From NCBI GenBank assembly GCA_963755755.1, contig CAVWLJ010000009.1:176358-240357 (forward strand): DNA of 64,000 nt. The letters run 5' to 3'. Source of the stretch: an uncultured Actinomycetota bacterium. Lineage in GTDB: Bacteria > Actinomycetota > Actinomycetes > Actinomycetales > Kineosporiaceae. Shown here piece by piece: positions 45,758 through 54,154 of the stretch. The notes beneath the pieces were generated by a model, which saw nothing but the letters and a program-made list of their open reading frames with translations, was not told the origin of the DNA and did no database searches. How positions within the stretch are numbered: position 1 is the first letter of the stretch; each line of letters begins with the position of its first letter. The translations under genes were made by a program, and so were the position numbers.

Positions 45758-46448
45758 GTGGGATACACGCTCGCCCGGTTGATCGCCGGCTTCGTCTTCC
45801 GCGTCGTGTGGCGGCCGCGCGTCCGTGGGCGTCGAGAACGTGCCGCCCACCGGTGCCGTGATCATCGCGAGCAACCACCTGAGCTTCATCGACAGCGTCG
45901 TCATCCCGCTCGCCGTGCCGCGGCGGGTGCGCTTCCTGGCCAAGGCGGAGTACTTCGAGGGCCGGGGCCTGCGCGGGCGCGGGACCGCGCTCTTCTTCCA
46001 CCTCATCGACGCGGTGCCCGTCCGCCGCACGGGCAACCGCGACTCCATGCGCTCGCTCGAGCTGGCACTGGACGTGCTGCAGGAGGGCAGCGCCTTCGGG
46101 ATCTACCCCGAGGGCACGCGGTCGCGCGACGGCCGGCTCTACCGCGGCCGCACCGGCGTGGGCTGGCTCGCCCTCACCTCCGGAGCGCCCGTCGTCCCGG
46201 TGGCGGTCACCGGGACCGACAAGGTGCAGCCGGTCGGGTCCAGCGGGCTGCGGGTCCATCCCGTCACGGTCCGTTTCGGGACGCCGGTGCAGCCGTCGGC
46301 GTACGCGGGCCTGCCTGCCGGCCGCGCCCGGCGGGAGATCACCGACGAGGTGATGGACCGGATCGCCGCGATGTCACCGCAGCAGCGCGCCGACGGCTAC
46401 AACGAGCCGCCCGGCGGTGCCGACGAGGTCGACGCCAACACCGTCTGA
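45758..46448 (+). CDS. plsC: 1-acyl-sn-glycerol-3-phosphate acyltransferase (PlsC family); one +1 frame break at ~45823
   Basis: IIASNHLSFIDS (HX4D), YPEGTRSRDG and PVVPVAV are present. Confidence 0.8.
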
Positions 46449-46707
46449 CCCCGATCCCGCTGCCGGCCCGCGCCCGACGGGAGCGGGGACACGACCGGGA
46501 CGAATCGGCTGCTCTGCCGACCATCCCTGTCCCCCGCCGGATCCCCGCTCGCCACGAGATGCGCGGACGGGGTGCGAGATCCGGTGGCTGTCCCGGGTCC
46601 TCCCCGATGAGTGGCGCAGCAAGGCCCCGGCGACGGGGGTCGCCGAGGCCTTGAATCCTGCTGCCACTCGCCGGTCTCGAACGATCAGCGAGATGGTGAT
46701 CGGTAGA

Positions 46708-47187
46708 TCAGCCGCGGCCGCCGGTCACGTCGGCGTCGACGGACCCGCGCCACGCGCCGGTCTCGTCGCCGCCGCGGCTCTCGATGAACTCCTTGAAGCG
46801 CTTCGCGTCGGCCTTGACCCGGTGGTCGTCCACGCCCACCGCGGCGCCGGCCTTCTCGACCAGGCCGGAGGGCTCCCAGTCGATCTGGATCATCACGCGG
46901 GTCTGGTCGTCGCTGAGCCGGTGGAACGTGACCACGCCGGCCTGCTTGGTGTCCCCGCCGACCGTCGTCCACGCGATCCGCTCGTCGGGGTTCTGCTCGG
47001 TGATCTCGGTGTCGAACTCGCGCGTGACGCCGCCGACCTTCGTCACCCAGTGGTTGCGGGTGTCGTCGATCTGGGTGATCGACTCGACGCCGTCCATGAA
47101 GTGGGGGAACGACTCGAACTGCGTCCACTGGTTGTAGGCGGTGCGCACGGGCACGTTGACGTCGACCGATTCCTGAACCTGAGCCAT
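46708..47187 (-). CDS. SRPBCC (cyclase/dehydrase START-like) family protein
   Basis: The protein is 159 aa. VNVPVRTAYNQWTQFESFPHFMDGV...HWVTKVGGVTREFDTEI is present. Confidence 0.7.
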   Translation of the reverse strand: MAQVQESVDVNVPVRTAYNQWTQFESFPHFMDGVESITQIDDTRNHWVTKVGGVTREFDTEITEQNPDERIAWTTVGGDTKQAGVVTFHRLSDDQTRVMIQIDWEPSGLVEKAGAAVGVDDHRVKADAKRFKEFIESRGGDETGAWRGSVDADVTGGRG

Positions 47188-47304
47188 GAGGCGGTGCTCC
47201 CTGAGGTACGAGTACGTGTTCGTCGGACAGCACTCGACGTACCCGCACCGATGATCGCTACACCGGGTTGCACCACCTATGACGCGATTGGGATCGGTTC
47301 CCCG

Positions 47305-47694
47305 TCAGGAGGCGGTGTCGGCTGTCGCGGAGCCCGCCGAAGCCTGCGCCGGAACCTGCCCGCTGCCCTCGGCTGCCTCTTCCTCCGCCAGCTCCTCGAC
47401 CACCGCGATCGCGATGCCGAGCGCCTCGGTGATCTTGCGGGCGGCGGAGAGCACGCGAGGCGCACCCGTGATCGGCGCGACCGCGACGAGGACGTCCTGG
47501 ATGTCCGCGACCGTGAGGCCCGACTCCAGGGCGGGCCCGACGTGCATGAGGTACGACGCCGGCGGGGCGTCGACGGCGACCAGGGCCGCGACACGCACCA
47601 GGATGAGCGTCGCGGGGTCGAGCTCGGACCGGGCGATCGAGACGGCGTTGATGTCGGCCAGCGTCTCGAGGACCGGGGCTTCTCCAATGGCCAT
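47305..47694 (-). CDS. Carboxymuconolactone decarboxylase (AhpD-like) family protein
   Basis: ATG 47694 gives MAIGEAPVLETLADINAVSIARSELDPATLILVRVAALVAV...VADIQDVLVAVAPITGAPR. Confidence 0.6.
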   Translation of the reverse strand: MAIGEAPVLETLADINAVSIARSELDPATLILVRVAALVAVDAPPASYLMHVGPALESGLTVADIQDVLVAVAPITGAPRVLSAARKITEALGIAIAVVEELAEEEAAEGSGQVPAQASAGSATADTAS

Positions 47695-47803
47695 GGGAGC
47701 TTCCCATCCCTTTCCGGGTTGTGGTGAACGGGAGATATCGGTCTCCGCAGACTCGCAAAGGCGGGACCGTGCCGTCCTCATCCACCTGGGATGACCCGGG
47801 CGA

Positions 47804-49420
47804 TCAGGCGGGGGCGTCGTGCACGATCCGCCCGCGGACGACGGTACGCAGGCAGCGCGGAACCTCCACGCCGGGCGCGAGGTCGGGCAGCCCCGGCGTC
47901 CCCGACCGCGGGTCGGTGCTCCAGGCCTGGATGCGGTCGTCGGGTGCCTGGACGACGAGGTCGCCGGCCGACCACACCGCCAGGGTCGCCGGAGCCCCGA
48001 CGGCGAGCACGCCCTCGCCGTACCGCCTCGCTGCCCGCCACGCGCCGCGGGTGTGCGCGGCGAAGGCGGCCTTGGCGCTGATCCGCTGCTCGGGATCGGT
48101 GTGGAAGGCCGCCGCCCGCACGCCCTCCCACGGCGCGAACGGGGTGACGGGGCTGTCGGAGCCGAGAGCGAGCGGGACGCCGGCGGCGGCGAGCGCGGCG
48201 AACGGGTTCATCCGGGCGGCCCGGTCGGCGCCGAGCCGCGCGGCATACATCCCGTCGCGCCCGCCCCAGGCGGCGTCGAACGCCGGCTGCACGCTCGCGG
48301 TGAGCCCGAGGTCGGCCAGGCGGGCGACGGCGCCCGCGTCCGCGGTCTCGACGTGCTCCAGCCGGTGCCCGGCGGCGCGCACGGCGGCGATGCCCGCGCG
48401 CTCGGCCGCGCGCCGGAACCCCTCGAGGACGGCGTCCAGCCCCGCGTCGCCGATGACGTGGAACCCGGCCTGCAGACCGGCGGCGGTGCACGCGACGACG
48501 TGGTCGCGGATCTGCTCCACGGTCAGGTAGACGTGCCCCCGGGTGTCCGCATCCGCGTACGGCTCGCGGAAGGCGGCGGTCCGCGAACCCACCGCGCCGT
48601 CCGCGTTGAGGTCCCCCGCCAGTCCCGCGACGGCGACGCCCAGCCCGGCGACGACCTCCTTCGCCTCCGCCTCGTCCGCCACCAGCCGGCCGCGGTACGG
48701 GACGACCTCAGGCAGCGGCTCCTCGGCGTCCGGAGCGGAGAGGGCGACGAGAGCCGCGAGATCCTCCTCTGGCGCGATGTGCGGGGCGGACATCTCGTGC
48801 ACGCACCCGATCCCGGCGGCGGCGGCGGCGCGGAGCGCGGCCCGCTGGGCGTCGGCGCGGGCCGCCGGGGACAACGCGGCACGGGTCGCCGAGCGGGCGG
48901 CGTGGTGCGCGTCACGCTCGACCCGGCCGTCGTCCGTCCAGCCGGTGTGGGAGCGCACGTCGGCGGCCGCGGCCAGCGCGCCGGAGACGATCGCGGAGTG
49001 GGAGTCCACCCGGGCCAGGTACACGACCCCGCCCGCGGACGCCCGGTCGAGCTCGGCACCGGTCGGGGGCCGGCCCTCGGCCAGGTTCCGCTCGTCCCAG
49101 CCGTGGCCGAGGATCGGCCGGCCCCGCCCGCTGCGAGCGGCGGCCTCGACGGCCTGGAGGATCTGCGTCACCGAGCGCGCGGAGCGCAGGTCGAGGCCGC
49201 CCAGCGCGAGCCCGGTCTCGGTGACGTGGACGTGCGCGTCGACGAACGCCGGCGTGACCAGGGCACCCCGCAGCTCGACGACCTCGTCGGCCGCCGAGGC
49301 GTGCACCCCGGCCGCCTCGTCGGAGCCCAGCCAGGCGATGGTGTCCCCGTCGGTGAGCAGGGCGGTCGCGAACGGTTCGCTGGTGCTGTAGATCGCACCG
49401 CCGCGGTACAGCGTCCTCAT
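47804..49420 (-). CDS. Metal-dependent amidohydrolase (YtcJ-like); alternative start 49429
   Basis: MRTLYRGGAIYS, PAFVDAHVHV (HxH), FHVIGD and ALGSDSPV are present. It lies 23-32 nt downstream of kdd on the same strand. Confidence 0.8.
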   Translation of the reverse strand: MRTLYRGGAIYSTSEPFATALLTDGDTIAWLGSDEAAGVHASAADEVVELRGALVTPAFVDAHVHVTETGLALGGLDLRSARSVTQILQAVEAAARSGRGRPILGHGWDERNLAEGRPPTGAELDRASAGGVVYLARVDSHSAIVSGALAAAADVRSHTGWTDDGRVERDAHHAARSATRAALSPAARADAQRAALRAAAAAGIGCVHEMSAPHIAPEEDLAALVALSAPDAEEPLPEVVPYRGRLVADEAEAKEVVAGLGVAVAGLAGDLNADGAVGSRTAAFREPYADADTRGHVYLTVEQIRDHVVACTAAGLQAGFHVIGDAGLDAVLEGFRRAAERAGIAAVRAAGHRLEHVETADAGAVARLADLGLTASVQPAFDAAWGGRDGMYAARLGADRAARMNPFAALAAAGVPLALGSDSPVTPFAPWEGVRAAAFHTDPEQRISAKAAFAAHTRGAWRAARRYGEGVLAVGAPATLAVWSAGDLVVQAPDDRIQAWSTDPRSGTPGLPDLAPGVEVPRCLRTVVRGRIVHDAPA

Positions 49421-49452
49421 GCCCTCCATTCTCGGCCGCCCCGCCCGCGGCC

Positions 49453-50517
49453 CTACCGCAGCCCCAGCCGGGTCTCGAACAGCCGCCGGACGCCGGGGGC
49501 GCCGCGCAGGACGTCGAGGGCGTAGTCGGCGTGACCGGCCGCGTAGCCGTTGCCGATGAGCAGGGTGACGTCCGCGGCGAGCCCTTCGGCGCCGAGGGCC
49601 GCGGCGGGGAACGACGTGGCCATGGAGAAGAAGATCACGGTGCCGAGCTGCGCCGTGGCGAGCACGGCGCCGTGCTCGCAGCCGGGGACGTCGACGCAGA
49701 CGACGGTGACGTCGGCGGGACCCCCGGCCGCCGCGACGGCGTCCGCCAGGGCGACGGGGTCCCTGGCGTCGGCCAGCACGACGGCGTCGGCGAGCGCCGC
49801 GTCGTCGAGTGCGACGCGTTCGCCCTCGACGGGCACGACGGCGACGGTTCGTGCGGCACCGGCGCGCCCGGCGGCCGCGAGCGCCAGGCTGCCGCTCTTG
49901 CCGGCGCCCCCGATCACCGCGACGACCGGGGGCCGTCCCTCCCCCACATACCGGGCGACCACGCGGGCGGTCAGCGCCGGGGCGCCGCAGACGTCCATGA
50001 CCGCCAGGGCGAGCTCGGCCGGCAGGTCGGCCGGCAGTCGGGCGGCGACAGACCGGCCGAAGAGGACGGCGTGGCCCTCGCAGGGCACCTGCTCGCCGCG
50101 CCCGTCCCAGCCGGCGAGGTCGTCGGTGATCGCGAGCGGGGTCAGGGTGAGGGACACCAGCGTCGCCACCCGGTCGCCGGGCCGCAGGCCGAGCGGGCTC
50201 GCCGGGCCGACCTCGTCGACCGTGCCGACGAGCATGCCGCCGGACCCCGTCACCGGGTTGTGCATCTTGCCCCGGGTCCGGACGATCTCGAGCACCTCGG
50301 CGCGGACGGCGTCCCCGTCGCCCCCGTGCTTCTCGGAGAGCTGCCGGAAGCTGGCCGCGTCCAGGTTCAGCCGCTCGACCCGGATGCGGACCTCGTCCGG
50401 GGCGATCCGGGGGTCGGGGTCCAGCCGCCAGGCGGCCTGCGGCAGCACGCCGAGAGGTTCGAGCACGCGGTGCAGGCCGACCGGGGACGAGGTGGTCCGA
50501 GCGGGGGCGGAAGTCAT
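49453..50517 (-). CDS. kdd: L-erythro-3,5-diaminohexanoate dehydrogenase
   Basis: The protein is 354 aa. GLHRVLEPLGVLPQAAWRLD, LNLDAASFRQL, RGKMHNPVTGSGGMLVGTV and VIGGAGKSG are present. Confidence 0.7.
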   Translation of the reverse strand: MTSAPARTTSSPVGLHRVLEPLGVLPQAAWRLDPDPRIAPDEVRIRVERLNLDAASFRQLSEKHGGDGDAVRAEVLEIVRTRGKMHNPVTGSGGMLVGTVDEVGPASPLGLRPGDRVATLVSLTLTPLAITDDLAGWDGRGEQVPCEGHAVLFGRSVAARLPADLPAELALAVMDVCGAPALTARVVARYVGEGRPPVVAVIGGAGKSGSLALAAAGRAGAARTVAVVPVEGERVALDDAALADAVVLADARDPVALADAVAAAGGPADVTVVCVDVPGCEHGAVLATAQLGTVIFFSMATSFPAAALGAEGLAADVTLLIGNGYAAGHADYALDVLRGAPGVRRLFETRLGLR

Positions 50518-50601
50518 GGTCACGAGGGTAGGGCCACAAATCCTCCTGTGGCAGTCTCGGCAAGCGAAAGAATCTCCCGTACATTGGCGATCGTGACCGA
50601 G

Positions 50602-52068
50602 ATGCTGACGCGCCCGACCGACGCCCGCGAGGATCGCCAGCCGTACCGGTACCGCCGGGTGGAGCTCGTCGAGCCCGACTGGCGCCGGCTGCCGGGCTGG
50701 CGGGAGGTCACCCCCGAGCAGTGGCGCAGCGCCCAGTGGCAGCGCGCGCACTGCGTCAAGACGATCGGGCAGCTGCGGGCGGTGATGGGCGACCTGCTCG
50801 AGGACTCCTTCTACGCCGACCTCGAGCGCGACCAGCTCGAACGGGCGACCATGTCGATGCTCCTGCCACCGCAGATGCTCAACACGATCGTCCCGGCGAC
50901 CCTCGCCCGGATGCCCGGCTCCGGTGCCCCGTTCACCGCCGCCTTCCTCGCGGACCCGGTGCGCCGCTACATGCTCCCGGTCTTCTCCGACCGCCGCAGC
51001 GACTGGCCGAGCCACCCCTTCGCCACCCGGGACTCGCTCCACGAGCACGACATGTGGGTCGCCGAGGGCCTGACCCACCGGTACCCGACGAAGGTGCTCG
51101 CCGAGCTGCTGCCGACCTGCCCGCAGTACTGCGGGCACTGCACGCGCATGGACCTGGTCGGGAACTCGACCCCCGTCGTCCCGAAGCTGAAGTTCGACCT
51201 CAAGCCGGTCGACCGGCTCGACCGGATGATCGACTACCTGCGCCGCTCCCCCGAGGTCCGCGACGTCGTCGTCTCGGGCGGCGACGTGGCGAACATGCCG
51301 TGGAAGAACCTCGAGGCGTTCCTCGTGCGGCTGCTGGAGATCGACAACATCCGCGACGTCCGGCTCGCGACGAAGGCGCTCATGGGCCTGCCGCAGCACT
51401 GGCTCCAGCCGGACGTCGTCGAGGGCGTCGGGCGGGTCGCGCGGACGGCGCGCAGCCGTGGCGTCAACCTCGCGATCCACACCCACGTCAACGCGGCGCA
51501 GTCGGTCACGCCCCTCGTCGCCGAGGCCACGATGGCGATGCTGGAGGCGGGCGTCCGCGACGTCCGCAACCAGGGCGTGCTCATGCGCGGCGTGAACGCC
51601 GACGTGAACGCGCTCCTCGACCTCTGCTTCGGCCTGCAGGACGGCGCGATGATCACGCCGTACTACTTCTACATGTGCGACATGATCCCCTTCAGCGAGC
51701 ACTGGCGCGTCTCGCTCGCCCACGCCCAGGAGCTGCAGCACGGGATCATGGGCTACCTGCCCGGCTTCGCGACGCCGCGGATCGTGTGCGACGTGCCGTT
51801 CGTCGGCAAGCGCTGGGTGCACCAGGCCGACGCCTACGACCGGGTCCACGGCATCAGCGCATGGACGAAGAACTACCGGACGTCGATCGAGCTCGACGAC
51901 CCGGAGGCGCTGACCCGGACCTATCCCTACTACGACCCGATCGACACCCTCCCCGAGGAGGGCCGGGCGTGGTGGCGGGAGAACACCGAGCTCGAGCGGC
52001 TGCACTCGACGGCCTCGGCACAGGCGGCGGCCAGCCGCGCCGCGAGCTCCCGCCAGCTCGCCGACTGA
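50602..52068 (+). CDS. kamA: Lysine 2,3-aminomutase (radical SAM); alternative start GTG 50593
   Basis: The CxxxCxxC motif reads CPQYCGHCTR. VVVSGGD, THVNA and YYFYMCD are present. Confidence 0.9.
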   Translation: MLTRPTDAREDRQPYRYRRVELVEPDWRRLPGWREVTPEQWRSAQWQRAHCVKTIGQLRAVMGDLLEDSFYADLERDQLERATMSMLLPPQMLNTIVPATLARMPGSGAPFTAAFLADPVRRYMLPVFSDRRSDWPSHPFATRDSLHEHDMWVAEGLTHRYPTKVLAELLPTCPQYCGHCTRMDLVGNSTPVVPKLKFDLKPVDRLDRMIDYLRRSPEVRDVVVSGGDVANMPWKNLEAFLVRLLEIDNIRDVRLATKALMGLPQHWLQPDVVEGVGRVARTARSRGVNLAIHTHVNAAQSVTPLVAEATMAMLEAGVRDVRNQGVLMRGVNADVNALLDLCFGLQDGAMITPYYFYMCDMIPFSEHWRVSLAHAQELQHGIMGYLPGFATPRIVCDVPFVGKRWVHQADAYDRVHGISAWTKNYRTSIELDDPEALTRTYPYYDPIDTLPEEGRAWWRENTELERLHSTASAQAAASRAASSRQLAD

Positions 52069-52081
52069 GCCCTCCCGGGCG

Positions 52082-52528
52082 TCAGTCCGCGACGTCGACC
52101 TTCGCGACGACCTTCTCCGGCCGCACCCGGACGACCATCTCACCGGGGACGCCGTTGCGGCGGCCGTACTCCTCGGCGCGGTCGGCGCCCATGTAGCGGC
52201 CACCGAGCCGGGCGGCCCAGCGGGCGAGTTCCTCCGGGTCCTCGCCCACGGTCGCGCGTCCGCTGATCGTCACGAAGGAGAACGGCGGCTCGTCGTCGTC
52301 GACGCTGAGGCACACCCGGCCGTCCCGCAGGATCGACTTGCCCTTGATCGTGTCGCGGTTCGTCGTGAACACGACGACGTCGGTGCCGTCGGGGTCGGTG
52401 TCGAGGTCGATCCAGACCGGCGCCGCATGCGGCGACCCGTCGCGCCGCGTCACCGCCAGGACGGCGGGTCGCGGTGTCGCGCGGACGAACTCCTGCCACC
52501 AGCCGGGCGGCGCCTCGGTGTATCCCAC
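52082..52528 (-). CDS. PPOX-class (pyridoxamine 5'-phosphate oxidase-like), probably F420-dependent, oxidoreductase
   Basis: The protein is 148 aa. VLAVTRRDGSPHAAPVWIDLD...VVFTT...GKSILRDGRVCLSVDDD is a split-barrel family pattern. Confidence 0.7.
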   Translation of the reverse strand: MGYTEAPPGWWQEFVRATPRPAVLAVTRRDGSPHAAPVWIDLDTDPDGTDVVVFTTNRDTIKGKSILRDGRVCLSVDDDEPPFSFVTISGRATVGEDPEELARWAARLGGRYMGADRAEEYGRRNGVPGEMVVRVRPEKVVAKVDVAD

Positions 52529-52582
52529 GACTCGCAGCCTAGGGCGCGGTGGGCCCGGACCAGGTGCTCGTCAGCTGCTGGG

Positions 52583-53023
52583 TCAGGTCGGCAGCGGCCG
52601 GGCCTCGTACGGCGTCGAGAGGACGATGGTCGTGCGGGTCGACACGCTGGCGACGGCGCGGATCCGGGCGAGCAGTCCCTCGAGAGCTCCGGGCGTGGAC
52701 ACCCGCGCCTTCAGGATGTAGTTCTCGCTGCCCGCCACCGAGTGGCAGGCCTCGATCTCGGGCAGATCCGCGAAGCGCTCGGGCAGGTCGTCCGGCGCGG
52801 CGGGGTCGAGCGGCGTCACCGACACGAACGCGGTCAGGGGCAGTCCGACGGCCTCGAAGTCGACGACCGCGGTGTAGCCCTTGATCACTCCACGCTGCTC
52901 CAGGCGGCGGACCCTCTGGTGCACGGCCGAGGTGGACAGGCCAGTCGCCTTGCCGAGATCGGTGTAGCTCATCCGGCCGTCGGCCAGCAGCAATCGCAGG
53001 ATGGCGCGATCGATGTCCTCCAC
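52583..53023 (-). CDS. Lrp/AsnC-family transcriptional regulator
   Basis: GTG 53023 gives VEDIDRAILRLLLADGRMSYTDLGKATGLSTSAVHQRVRRLEQRGVIKGY, followed by a RAM/ACT-like C-terminal domain. Confidence 0.85.
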   Translation of the reverse strand: MEDIDRAILRLLLADGRMSYTDLGKATGLSTSAVHQRVRRLEQRGVIKGYTAVVDFEAVGLPLTAFVSVTPLDPAAPDDLPERFADLPEIEACHSVAGSENYILKARVSTPGALEGLLARIRAVASVSTRTTIVLSTPYEARPLPT

Positions 53024-53063
53024 CGGCGAAGGGTACAACCGGATCTGCTGGCAGGATCGTCGC

Positions 53064-53999
53064 GTGACGGACCGGCTCATGCTGCTCGACTCCGCGTCCC
53101 TGTACTTCCGGGCGTTCTTCGGCGTGCCCGAGTCGGTGAAGGCTCCGGACGGCACTCCGGTCAACGCCGTCCGCGGCTTCCTCGACATGGTCGCGACGCT
53201 GGTCACGCAGCGGCGGCCGGACCGGCTGGTCGCCTGCTGGGACGAGGACTGGCGCCCGGCGTTCCGGGTCGCGGCGCTGCCGTCGTACAAGGCGCACCGG
53301 CTGGCGGATCCGGCGCGCGGCACCGAGGAGACACCGGCCGCGCTCGAGCCGCAGGTCCCGATCATCATCGACGTGCTCGCGGCCTTCGGGATCGCCCGGG
53401 TGGGCGGCCCCGGCCTGGAGGCGGACGACGTGGCCGGCACCCTCGCCACCCGGGCCGTCGCGTCCGGGCCCGGGGACGTCGACATCGTCACCGGGGATCG
53501 CGACCTCTTCCAGCTCGTCGACGACGCCGCCGGCGTCCGCGTGCTCTACACCGGCCGCGGCGTGCGCAACCTCGAGACCGTCGACGAGGCCCGGCTGCGG
53601 GAGAAGTACGACGTGCCGAACGGCCCGGGCTACGCCGACCTCGCCGTCCTGCGCGGCGACCCGAGCGACGGCCTCCCCGGCGTCCCCGGGGTGGGCGAGA
53701 AGACGGCGGCGGCCCTCCTCAACCGCTACGGCAGCCTCGAGGCGCTGCTCGAGGCCCTGGACGCCGGGGCCGCCGACCTGCGCTCCGGGCCCGGCCGCAA
53801 GCTGCTCGCGGCCCGGGAGTACCTCACCGCGGCACCCGTCGTCGTCCGGGTCGTGCGCGACGCCCCCCTCGCGGAGGTCGACGACCGGGTGCCGGCGACG
53901 CCTGCCGACCACGACGCGCTCGTCGCGCTCGCGGACCGCTGGGGCATCTCCTCCAGCATCGCCCGCCTCGTCGAGGCGATCTCGTCCACGCGTCCCTGA
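53064..53999 (+). CDS. 5'-3' exonuclease (FEN/Pol I N-terminal domain-like)
   Basis: LMLLDSASLYFRAFF, GLEADDV, IVTGDRDLFQL and GLPGVPGVGEKTAAALL are present. Confidence 0.85.
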   Translation: MTDRLMLLDSASLYFRAFFGVPESVKAPDGTPVNAVRGFLDMVATLVTQRRPDRLVACWDEDWRPAFRVAALPSYKAHRLADPARGTEETPAALEPQVPIIIDVLAAFGIARVGGPGLEADDVAGTLATRAVASGPGDVDIVTGDRDLFQLVDDAAGVRVLYTGRGVRNLETVDEARLREKYDVPNGPGYADLAVLRGDPSDGLPGVPGVGEKTAAALLNRYGSLEALLEALDAGAADLRSGPGRKLLAAREYLTAAPVVVRVVRDAPLAEVDDRVPATPADHDALVALADRWGISSSIARLVEAISSTRP

Positions 54000-54018
54000 C
54001 CCCTCCCCCACCCCTTTT

Positions 54019-54088
54019 CGCTGATCATGCAATCCGCGTTGATCTGTGGTCGGGCGGTTACAGATCAACGCGGATTGCATGATCAGCG
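54019..54088. repeat. GATC-rich palindromic intergenic element (perfect 29-bp arms) between the convergent exonuclease and helY genes
   Basis: CGCTGATCATGCAATCCGCGTTGATCTGT (54019-54047), a 12-nt loop, then ACAGATCAACGCGGATTGCATGATCAGCG (54060-54088). There are 4 GATC sites. GC is much lower than the surroundings. Confidence 0.85.
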
Positions 54089-54154
54089 CGGAAGGTGAGG
54101 GTCGCGCGGAGGGTCAGCGCGGCAGGGGCGGGGTGGGGGTGGCACGGGGCGGGG

